DNA of 53,618 bases, counting the filler, from Jimgerdemannia flammicorona (lineage: Eukaryota): NCBI GenBank assembly GCA_003990765.1. It is 3 parts of 3 records of this genome, joined end to end, with 100 filler letters (N's around TTAATTAATTAA, not from the genome) between each part and the next. Parts side by side here need not be neighbours in the genome. Positions count along the whole stretch, not along the records: positions 35,814 to 53,618 come from RBNJ01002400.1; 2 more parts are not named here. One strand, written 5' to 3'. The position numbers and the translations under genes are program-made. The first letter of the stretch is position 1. Each line of letters starts with the position of its first letter. Under the pieces are notes generated by a model. That model was not told where the DNA came from. It saw only the letters and a program-made list of their open reading frames with translations, and did no database searches. This document shows, piece after piece, positions 36,561 through 47,792 of the stretch.

Positions 36561-37855
36561 TTTATCACTCCAGAGGTCAATCACCTCTCTATGCTTTGCC
36601 TCAACCCCTGCCCATACTCTTTGGCTCCAACTTATTTCTTCTCTCTCATTTCTCAAGAATTTTGATATTTATTAAAATTTATTGAAATAATTACATTGAG
36701 TTCTTCTTTATATTATATATTTTTCTAAATCTCTATTATTTACCATATACTTAATAAGTATTTTTTACATTTTGAATAATCTCTTTATCTCTTAAAAGTA
36801 ATTTGAACTACTGATCTTAGAAGTTTTAAACCCTTGATATAAATATTAAGAAATTATAATATTATCAAATTACTTAAATTTTAAAAGAAAGAAGATACTA
36901 AATTTAAAAATTCTGAACTACTTAAAGTACTAATAATAGTTTACTGATACATATATCTAAATTTACAATATATTAAATATTATTATTTAGTATTTTGATT
37001 AACTTTTATCTCATATTTCTTATATAGATATTGACTAGATCTTGGTTAAAAATATCTGTTACTATTTTATTCTCAAGGTCATTTTTGTTAATATATATAT
37101 ATATATATATATAATATATATTAATAATTAACTCTTGTTCATTATCTCATCTATTATAGAATTGAGTATTATAAAAGTTCCTCATTTTTTGAAAAATTAA
37201 CAACTTTTTAATTTAAAAAATAGTAATATATTTCATTTGGATAAGTTAGTAACATTGGAGTAAAAATTCAATATTAAGTATATTTATATAGTAGAGTACA
37301 ATAATATAAGCTGGAAGCAAATAGTATCTTATTTCAATTAGCATATAGTGAAGTTGATGTTTCCTGTAGAGTTGATTTTTCCCAGTGACCCTGAGTATGT
37401 TCAGATGATCAAACTGCTAAAAGGAATCAGTATTTCAATCGTGCTGTGGGTTGATTTTCAGACGCTCCAAAACCCTTTCGCACCAGCACAAAATCACGTT
37501 CTAGCTGCTTGGAAGGTAACCTCATCAGCCATCATACTGAACTGTGCAAGTTCTTTGTTCTTTTGACATATCGTCAACTAGAGATACGAGCTTAGCCAAA
37601 TTTTCGCCTAGGCATACCACCAGAAAAATAATCTAATATGAGGGACACTCTATGTTCGAAAGTAACTCAGAGGCTGGGTTATTACGAGTATAATAATAAT
37701 AATAACAATAAACAGTTGTAAAGGACATTGCTCATAGTTTAGCTTGGAAGAGGATTGAGGCTAGGGACTCAACGTTGTCGGTCATATTTAGCGTCAAACT
37801 GGTTATAGAAATAAAATTCATTAGATGACGCGCTTTCCTGCTCTTCGAGCCACAG

Positions 37856-39092
37856 AATCTTGCGGAGGCGACAAAAGTAGCAACAATACTTTGCGAAAGC
37901 GACAACAGTACCCTGCAGAAGCGACAACATTACCTTGCGGAAGGGATGAAATCTTGCAATCTTTCGAAAGCGACAAAATCTTACGGAAGCGACATCTTGC
38001 GAAAGTGACTCAAGCTTGCGGAAGGACTCAATCTTGCAAAAGCGACTCAATCTTGCGGAAGCGACTCAATCTTGCGGAAGCGACTCAATCTTGCGGAAGC
38101 GACTCAATCTTGCGGAAGCAACAAAATCTTGTGAAAGCGGCAAAATCTTGCGGAAACGACAAAATCTTGCGGAAACGACAAAATCTTGCGGAAGCGACAA
38201 AATCTTGTGAAAGCGGCAAATCTTGCGGAAACGACAAAATCTTGCGGAAGCGACACAATCTTGCGGAAGCAACTCAATCTTGGGGAAGCGACAGAATCTT
38301 GCGGAAGCGAAGCGACTCAATCTTGCGGAAGCGAAGCGACAAAATCTTGCGGAAGCGAAGCGACTCAATCTTGCGGAAGCGAAGCGACCCAACCTTGCGG
38401 AAGCGACAAAATCTTAAGGAAGCGACAAATCTTGCGGAAGCGACAAAATCTTGCGGAAGCGAAGCGACTCGATCTTGCGGAAGCGAAGCGACCCGATCTT
38501 GCGGAAGCGACAAAATCTTGCGAAAGCGAGGCAACTCAATCTTGCGGAAGCGAAGCGACTCAATCTGGAAGCGACAAAATCTTGCGGAAGCGACAAAATC
38601 TTGCGGAAGCGAAGCGACTCAATCTTGCGGAAACGACTCCATCTTGCGGAAACGACTCCATCTTGCGGAAGCGACTCCATCTTGCGGAAGCGACTCCATC
38701 TTGCGGAAGCGACTCCATCTTGTGGAAGCGACTCAATCTTGCGGAAACGACGGAAACGACGCAAGCGACACCCAATCTTGCGGAAGCGACACCCAATCTT
38801 GCGGAAGCGACACCCGATCTTGCCGAAGCGACACTCAATCTTGCGAAAGCACCACTCAATCTTGCGGAAGCGACACTCAATCTTGCGGAAGCGACGCTAT
38901 CTTACGGAAGCGATGTTATCTTGCGGAAGCGACACAACCTTGCGGAAGCGACATCTTGCGAGCGACTCAATCTTGTAGAAGCGACATCTTGCGGAAGCGA
39001 CTCAATCTTGTAGAAGCGACATCTTGCGGAAGCGACTCAATCTTGCGGAAACGACATCTTGCGGAAGCGACACAATCTTACGGAAGCGACAC
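37856..39092. repeat. CpG-rich minisatellite, core unit 19 bp TCTTGCGGAAGCGAC(TC/AA)AA with 16-, 21- and 24-bp variants
   Basis: Seen directly; degenerate at the left end and homogeneous in local blocks. It explains the stack of overlapping ORFs here. Confidence 0.95.
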
Positions 39093-39573
39093 CGAAGTCA
39101 TATACCTGATCATGACGAAATCACGACGGCCACATTCATCGTTTTCTGCATACTAGATATCTGGCACGCCAGGATTGTTTAATTGATCATTGTATGCATG
39201 TGTTCTTCCATATCTCCAAATTTCAGGGCCCTGCAGAAAACAAACTGCGTCAATCCCGTCCACTGATGCTCGGTGCGGTTTGTATCTTGACCGAGCAGTT
39301 GGGCAATCTTACGTTGGGATTGGTTTCCAATTATTCCTTTCTGCTTCTGCGACAAGGGTTCAACTCACAACGTTGGCATGATTCCCTTTACATGAATCCC
39401 GACCTTGATGACACGTATTTGGTAATAATGGATTCGATCATCAAAGAGCTCAATATAATTATATTATACATGCATGCAAGCAAAATATATATATAATGTA
39501 ATGCGACATAGACTAGGATGAACCGAAAAATGGCCCACACAATCCGTCTTCTTAGCCTCGGCGCGGTATTAAT

Positions 39574-41737
39574 TTAATCGTCCCTGCACATGCTCTTCAC
39601 GTCATCGTGCCTAGGGACAAATCTGACCTTGAAATTGGGCATGCCCGGTTGCGTCACGGTTACATCAGGCAGGGGAACCTCGACTGGGTTGCCCTGGGCG
39701 TCGAGCGGGGGCTCTATACGGAAAACTTGCACGATGCGCGAGATCAGTATGAAGACTGACTTCTCCGCCAGGAAGGATCCCGGACATATGCGACGACCAG
39801 CTATGGGGTGAGTAGAGGGAAGGGTGAGTCGGTTGTCATTAAAAAAATATATGGCGAAAGACTGAGAAACGCGAGGCGGAATGAATGTGCATATGCTTAC
39901 CGCCGAACGCATAGTGCTGACGTATGTTACCGACGTCTTCTTCTAGGTGGCGCTCCGGTTTGAACGTGTAGGGGTCTGGGTAAATCTCCGGGTTGAAGTG
40001 TATCGCATAGGAGTTGATGACGTGTGCGGATTTTGCCCTACGTGGCGAATTCAAAAAAAAAAAAAAAATGTCAACTATCAGGATTGTTAACAAAAACATA
40101 CAGGTCCATCTCCCTTTTTGCCATCACACCTATACTTACGGGATATGATACCCCTCGTATTCCTCATCTTTGGTGTTGCTGTGCGGCACGCCTAACCACA
40201 GCGGCGGCCTGAACCTAAGGATCTCGGTGAGGATGGCGCGGGTATAAGGAAGGCGTCCCTCGTCCGTGTCTCTGGGTAGACGGTCAAGACCGATGTTGTC
40301 CTTGATCTCGGCGAAGGCGCGTTCCTGGATGTTGGGATGGCTCGCCAGAATGCTGATGCCGTTCAGAAGGACGATGGACGAGGTATCGATCCCTGGGGAC
40401 AAAAAGGGTGTGAGGGGTGTCGCACTGGTGAAATTAAATATGTGAGGAAGGTGCGAAAACTTACCAGCAAAGATTAATCCACCACAGGAGTTGTAGACTA
40501 GAATAAAGAAAAGTAAATCCGTCATTAGTCACGGAAACCCACCAAGATCATGCACCATACCTTTCCCGTAATAAAAACCAAACTTACTAGCAATGTCTTC
40601 CATAAGTCCGTTCTCGTTATCCGTCTCTTGAGCTTTCAAGTACTCATTGCACGCGCAGTTGCGCTCGTTCCCATCCTTCCTGGCCTGCCTCACCTCCTCG
40701 ACGTACTTCCCAAACACCTTTTGGACTTCGAGCTGTAATAATCTGGCATTATGGACTTGGCTGCGGAGGAACGGGGACAGGAATGGGAAAAGCTCCATGG
40801 TGACATCGCTGAGGAGCTGGAGAAATTCAACCGCTATTTGAATCATTGCTTTGAAATCCGGATCGTCTTTTGTGAAGGTCTTGTTAAATAGTATAGAACT
40901 CATCAAATTGATCTGTACCGGAAGGGAGGAGGTTGAGGATTTACTATGTGACACGACGCTCGGTTCTAACGCGAGATCAACTCCTTAAGCAATCCCGCTC
41001 GACCCTACCTACACTGTAAAGATACATTTCGTCGCTCGGGTTAATTCCTTCGGGTTCGTTTCCTTTCTCAAGCAGGTTGAGCAGCAGCTGCTTTGATTGG
41101 GTGATGAAGACCTGGCTGTACTCCTTCTCAAGCTTCGACTTACTGATGGTGTTGTTGGTGTGCTTGCGCCACATACGTAGGTACGGCCCGTTCTGCGCTA
41201 AACCCCACATGATGCCGTTGGCTGAGGCTGCGTCGAGGACGTCCCACGACATACGGTCTGAATAGGTGGCACCGCGCCGATCCAATATCTCGCGGATTAC
41301 TTCAGGCGAGTTGTGGATAACCTGGCGTGAAGGAGGGGAAGAGTATTTCGTAGGTATACTTCAATGACAAGGGAAACGACCAATCCACCCGCGATGCCAC
41401 TACGATCTCTCCTTCCAAACAAGCACACGCCCCGACAACTCACCCAGGTGCGGGAGGACCCCATTTTGACAGAATAAATAGGCCCCAGGGTCTTACTCCA
41501 TTCAGAAAACTTGATGTGGGGGGACTTGCCTACAGAAAACAGATGGCCGATAATTGGCAGGGCGCCAGGCGGAGACGGGAGCTTGTTGAGCTTCTTGAAC
41601 TTCTCGGCCTCCTTGTCCTCCGGGGTGAGCAAGCGGTTGGCCACGTAGATTCCCGTAGCGGCCGCTGCGGCGGCGACGAGAGCCCCGTTGGCACTGCGCC
41701 AGTCCAGACTGGTGAGGGTATTTAGCGCTTCGGTCAT
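39574..41737 (-). CDS. Cytochrome P450 monooxygenase, 7 exons
   Basis: Exons 41737-41444, 41321-41013, 40912-40588, 40497-40465, 40392-40140, 40037-39901, 39800-39574 with GT-AG introns. N-terminal anchor, PSPPGALPIIGHL hinge, WRKH, AGIDT I-helix, EILR (ExxR), FKPERH and heme motif FGAGRRICPG. Confidence 0.95.
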
Positions 41738-41771
41738 GACAGCTTTGTGCAGGGGAAGTAGGTGGTAATCG

Positions 41772-42480
41772 ATGGAAGGAATAGGATGATCTTAAATAGT
41801 GTGGACGCGTTGATCCGGGTTACGTAACGGATTGGGAATTCCCTTATGCAGTATTGCCATGCTCTCCCTATTTAAGTAATAGTAAAACGACTGCAGATCA
41901 GAGACAATCGGTTTTAAACAGGGTTCGAAAGTTTGGTCACTGAGAGAACATTTTACTGGAAGTTTTGTTAACCGCTTTCATCACCAACAACCATCCCTAT
42001 ACGTTGGTTTGTTGCAGTCTCTTTAATCGTCGTCAAGGTGCGCGCTTTAATGACATCTGAGATCCTGGTTTTAAACTCTATGCGTACGGAACGCCTGCCA
42101 GAGTAGGTCTTTTGTGCTCGCTCTTTAAGTCCCAACTATTGTGTAAGCTAGTTTGTGCTACATTATGTATTGGCTGCCGGCTAGTTGTTATGGCGTGGCA
42201 ACTCTTTCGGTAGGCTCTCGATCACGCTTGTAACGTAAGTATGAACCAAACTGTAAATGCTCTCTTTATAATGCGGGGAGCCGTCAAGGAGCACGGCCAA
42301 CGGGCTGCATCTACGATCACACTTGGAGAGCACAATAGTTAACCGCTGGGTAACAATTAGCCAGGGCGAACAGTTAGCTATAACGATTAGCTGCTAGGTG
42401 ATGACAGCAGCTGGGTAATTATTAACAACGATTAGCCGCTGTGTGACGATTGGCTGCTACCTCCAACGTTACACAGCAGC
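41772..42480 (-). promoter_or_regulatory. Upstream region of the P450 gene, with clustered acgattagc(t/c)gct-like motifs
   Basis: Immediately 5' of ATG 41737; conserved with 35835-36560; the motif recurs at about 42350-42460. Confidence 0.55.
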
Positions 42481-42509
42481 TATTCATACTTTGGGACACA
42501 ATCGCACAA

Positions 42510-43085
42510 AGAACTATCCATAACTATTGGTTGAAATACGTGATGGTTTTAATTATAATTAAATGTGAAGTTATTTTAAATTGCTAATATATTCTTAAAT
42601 TAGCATACATCGTTATTGAGACGAAATTCAGTATTTTGTACTGTAACCACCTACATCTACTAACTTTTGAAGTTAGTGTGGCATACTTTCTGATAATTTA
42701 TGCAAAAAATTCATATCTATCTTATTCCATTCATCATAAATTGCATTTTCAAGTTCATCTAGATTATGAGACAAAGGAGTATGGCAACAAATATAATATT
42801 TCATATAACTCTCAATATTTTTAATTAGATTCATATCAGAACTACTGGCTGGCCATTCAAATATCTTAATTCTATATACAAGAAGTTTATTACTAATGAG
42901 TTCAAATTTGTATACTAGAGCATTATCTTGCATCTATCAATATAGATCATTAAATAATCTATATGTTAACAGAAGCTATAGAAAGATATAAAATTTTAAA
43001 ATCTCAATATACTTAACTTTATCAATATATCTGTCAATATAAATAAGTAGTCCTTTATAATAATAGCTGAAAAATCCAAACATTA
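42510..43085 (-). mobile_element. Tc1/mariner transposase relic (C-terminal DDE region)
   Basis: ORF 42673-42933: MQDNA...WPASSSDMNLIKNI...LDELENAIYDEWNKI...LSESMP, a decayed form of QDNA..H / WP.SPDLNPIENxW. Cut off by the polyT tail of the SINE-like copy. Confidence 0.8.
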
Positions 43086-43093
43086 TAATAGAT

Positions 43094-43867
43094 CTTTCTT
43101 TTTGTTATTTTTATTTTTATTTTATTTTTTTTAACAGACTTAATGTTCCATGGATTTTTATTAGAAGAGAACCTAGACTATATAGACCAAAACTCTCCTC
43201 CACCACCCATCAAGCACTGTCCCCCCATTAACCTAGACTAGCTATTATCCAGCAGCTCAACCATGCTAGGTGCAGTAGAGCCTATATTGATCTGTACCTC
43301 ATTCTGTATACCATGCTCTCCCTATTACTAGAGGGAATCTAGCTATATGCCAATGACTGAAAGTACATGCCCAAGACCCCAATATATATATAAGGCTATG
43401 CTTAAGCCAAATAGAATAGCCTCTGCCACCTCAAGAAGAATGACAGGTAAAGAAAAACTCTCATCAAAGTACATCATAGTGAATAGGACCTGGTTCTCCC
43501 AGTTGAGGTAAGTAAAAGACTTATTATATAAGACAGAAGGAGATCTCCAATACCCTACTACTCAAGTCTGTGGGCCTTGATCACATTATTATATCAGCTC
43601 TCAGTTCTAGTTGAGTATAGCCAAGATATCTAAAATGGGTAGCCTCAGGCCCCCTGACCCCCCTCAACAACTAAGACCCAACTTACCAAATTGCCAAAAG
43701 AAGCTGAGAGTGATACCTACCATCTAACTACTCTGCACCAATCAAAAGACCCCACTAAAGCAGTATCTGCCCCAGCCCTGATGACCACCCCTAGCCTAAT
43801 ACCCTACTAGTTCACTATAATTGCCCTTCTTCCTATCTGTGACAGCCATCTCTCCTTTCATCCTGAC
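43094..43867 (-). mobile_element. About 750-bp non-coding polyA retroposon (SINE-like), copy 2
   Basis: Reverse complement of 20638-21386; T-rich tail at 43094-43132; same 5' start as copy 1. Confidence 0.75.
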
Positions 43868-44169
43868 AATACCTGAAAAACAGTTACCTATATCAGAACT
43901 ATGCTTGCCAGGAAGCTCACTAAAGCCAGAGAGCTCCACCACAGATACTGAGAATCTGCAGGTAACCTATACTGAGCACTTGATGCCTAAGGTCAGCTAA
44001 CTCTCTACATAACCCATGACATACTAAGACAATATCTTATTGGTGACAACAAAAGGAAGAAAGTGTGACACTAAAATAGATATATTCCAGATATATCCAA
44101 AGATACCAGAAACTATGTCCCCTTTCTCAGCTACTATTTATGTTATATACATTTTTATAATATACTTTC

Positions 44170-47100
44170 AAGTCATTTATTGGAGAAAGGTACTAAGGCA
44201 ATGGCAAACAGCAAGCAATCTGAGATGTGTACTGAGTAGAGCAGCCCTAGTGCATTTGACTGGCAGTAGATAGGGAGGGGTCCTGGCCTGGGGGGAGATA
44301 TGTATGAGGGAGTTGTTGGCAGAAGGATGAGGAGGGGGAGAAGGCAGCAGTAGAGGACAGGGGTCTGGGAGGGCGAGCTTTGTAGAGATGGTGAAGGGGA
44401 GGCAGCAGATGACTGGGTTGAAGGATTGGCTGAGAAAAGGCAAGGAGATGGAGAAGACAGCAGTTTGTGGGGGAGTAGCCCTTGGTGGTGAGGGCAGTGG
44501 AGCTGGGGGAGTAGTGGCTGGGGGGAATGTGATGGCTGATGGTGATAGAACTGCCAATCTGAAAAAAAATCCAGATGTGACCACTGATGATATGGCTAAG
44601 CAACTGAGGCTTGAAAGGTAAGGAGATTTGGTAAATAGTGTAATGGGCCTGGTGGTGGCTCCATTACTCAAGAAATCAATCTCAGCATTCATAGTGACAT
44701 TGTGCTTCCAGAGTCTGGCAGTGATGGCAAAAATGGTACTGGGGCTTATCACTAAGCAGATGGCTAGAGCAGTATCTATAAAGTTCCTGAAGGGATTGGA
44801 GAGAGTGGAGGTGGGTTTTGAGGAGACTGAGCCTCTGGAGGAAGCACTGAAGATTGGATTAATAGTTGGGGAGGTGTGTGTCCTGATGGCACACTGTCTG
44901 AAATAGGACCCTAGGGTGGTCCAACTGCTAGTGAAAGGAGTACCTATGGTGATGGTGGTGGAGACAAGAAGAAGAGTTGAGGAGGTCATGGCAGAGTATG
45001 GAGAGGTGGTGGATATTGGGTTCAGAGTCTAGGAAGAGACCTCACTCAGGATGAGAGATATGGATATGAGGATTCGGCTGGTAGAGAAAGAAGCTACCAG
45101 GAAGACAAGGGACTGGCCTTCAGGAATGGTCTGGGGGGTGATCTTGTGCAAGGTGATGAGGGTGAAGAGGAGTGAGGAGAAGGAAGAGGACTTGCTGGAG
45201 GCACTAAAAGAACTGAGTGGAGTAATAGAGTAGCAGACAAAGGCTTGGAAGGCTTTTGAGAAGTCAATATACTTAGAGATAGTAAATGGGAAGCAGATTA
45301 GAGTGGACAAGGGGCAATGGGAAAAAGCTCAGAGATATAAATGTCAGAAGGAGCTACTGGCTAAGATAGAAAGTCAACCACAGAAGGAGACAGATGGAAT
45401 GGTGGAAATGGGGGGTGCCAAAGTAAGTGTCTGGGTTGGCAAGAATAGTAGGAGTGTGGGGAAAGGATCAGGAGAGGACAGGAAAGCAGCCAGTAGTGAC
45501 CTGTATGCTGATGGTATATTCGAGGTCTGGGAAGAGGACTGGGAGGGATTGCCTATCTCTACTCCACTTATCAGGAGAGGTCTGGCTTCCCAGAGCAGGG
45601 TGGGGGAGGATGTGCCTATGAAGGGGGCCCAGTAAGTACAATTTGGAGTTCCAGAGGTAGTGAATGGGGGACAGATAGAGGTGGTTGGAGAGGAGGAACT
45701 AGTGGATATCCCAGAGGTGTGAGATGAGGCTGTGAGTATCAGAACTGATACCATGATGTTGGATGGAGGGAGACCAGCAACCCTAGGAGGGAAGGAGGTA
45801 GAAAATCTACTTTGGATGTACAGAATGATGAATAATCTGGTAGCTGAAGAGTTGGGGGAGGTAGACTTGAGAGTAATGAGTGATGAGCATTGGGTGCAGG
45901 TCCTGCAAGGGGATGGTATGGAGTTGATATTGAAGGCAGAGATCCTTGTGGTGTATCTGGAGGAGGAAGGGTATGAAGTAGATAAGGAGTAGGAGGCAGA
46001 GCTAGTAGGAGTTGCTGGTGAGAGGGCCAAATACTATTGGGCCAAGTAACATGGATTGTAGCTCTGGTAGGAGGCCTGTCTGGAGTACCAAGTGGAGTTT
46101 GAGGAGAAGGCAGATGGGGAGATAAATGAGCTGTTAGCAGGATTGGAGGCTCAGTGAGCTGAAGAGGAGGTGGTGACTACAGAATATAATCTGGATATGG
46201 TACAGGAAGAGATGAACATGGAGCAGTAGAGATGGACTAGATTAATATACTAACTTCATTATGAATAGTACAACTGACATTTTTTCTTTGAACATGAATG
46301 GGTTGCAGAGTGCTTATCAATACAGGAACATTTTTACTTGGCTGAAGGGATTGGAGGCTGATCTCTTTCTCTTGCAAGATGTCAGATGTGAAGATGATTT
46401 GAATAGACTAGAATGGACAAAGAAATGGGGAGGTGAGGCAGTTTGGAAAGGCAAGGTTGGGATTCTGGTACAGAAAGGTGAGGAGAGATAAGAGACATGC
46501 AGAGCTGGGGGGATAGATTGGTCTGGAGTGAGTGAATATATTCAGAATGAGAGCTGGTCACAGTGGGCTCTTGTTACTGCCCTACTGTATAGGGTGAGCA
46601 TGTGGATTAGGTGAAGGGCCTTCAGGAGAGTGGGATTCTCGCAGAGGCTGGGGTAGATATGCTGGGTGGTGACTATAATATGGTCCGAGATGTACTGTTG
46701 GACAGAACAGATAGAGGACAGGGAGCTGAGGGTTGGAGTGGAGGACTGGCAACATGAGAGAAAGTGAAAAGGCTGAGTGCTCTGGTGGATGTGGGTAGGG
46801 AGTGCTGGGGAGATAGGAGGGTATATATGTATTGAGCAGGGGGCTTGGGGACAAGAATTGATTGGATTCTGATGGCCAGCTGCTGGGGCTTAGATGTTTG
46901 GAAGTCACTGAAGGTAGAATAGTGTTCTTGGTCAGATTATTGGGGACTTTTAAGACAGGGGCAATTTGGGAGAAGTGGGGATGGGTCTGGACATTATCAT
47001 CTCAATTCCTCCTTATTAGATGATAAGATCTGGTGAGATGAGTGAACTGCAGACATTTAACTAAGGGTAGAGTATTGGAGACAAAAGGGTGCCCTAGTTG

Positions 47101-47542
47101 GTGTTCAGTGGATATGAATGAAAGAGATGGCTAAGACCTACTGGAGTGAGGCTGGTAAGGAGGCTGGGAAACAGCAGAGGTGATAGGTGAGATAGGCTTC
47201 TAGTAGACTGTCTAGACTCTTGGAGGATTGGGTGAGGCTAGTGATATTAGAGGGAGAGGATTGGGGGTCTAGCTGCTGTGATGGCATAGCCTTATGGAAG
47301 ATACCTTGACAGACTGGTGGCTTGGTTGGAGGTTGTAGAGTGGTCAGAGGCATCGATTGGTAGAGAAAATCTGTAGGCAGAGTGGGGGAAGGGTTAGAGT
47401 AGTGGGTGAGAAGGTGGTCTTTGTTCAGGAGAGAGTGGGGAGAGGCTCTCCTATGGGGATTGGGTAGTGGGAGGAAATACTGTAAACTTATTAATAGACT
47501 GGTAATAAATGACAGAGTCCAAGTAACTATAAAAAAAAAAAA
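44170..47542 (+). mobile_element. L1/Tx1-like LINE: degraded ORF1, APE endonuclease, RT apparently deleted, polyA tail
   Basis: 46261 MNSTTDIFSLNMNGLQ...DLFLLQD...WGG...KVGILV matches the APE start motif (S-N-NG; LQE). WSD(H) near 46930 and HLNSSLLD near 47000. AATAAA plus polyA at 47503-47542 lies only about 1.3 kb after the ORF2 start. Confidence 0.8.
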
Positions 47543-47792
47543 GATACTAGAAACTGCAAAAAAGTAGAGAAGACACTAATTAGATACTAATAAAGGGGCA
47601 ACTTATCACCATTACCTTCCCCCTACTGCCCTGCAACAGGTATAGTAAACTAACCCAAAGTAGAGAGAGTAATAGTTGTGAAAAGTAGACTTAGAAGGTT
47701 GCCTACCAAACTATTATAACTAGTAAGGTAGTAGAGAAAGAGGTTTCTTCTTGTTATTAATAGTTATGAAGCATAGTTACCTTAATATACAT

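Noticed and set aside
37856..39092. CRISPR-like array or genuine repeat-protein gene
   Set aside because: Units are contiguous with no unique spacers and no cas genes, in a eukaryotic context. The unit lacks stops in most frames, so long ORFs on both strands are expected by chance.
43778..43800. CTGATGA hammerhead-like core (also about 21734, and on the minus strand about 37525)
   Set aside because: No stem II followed by GAAA in the required arrangement.
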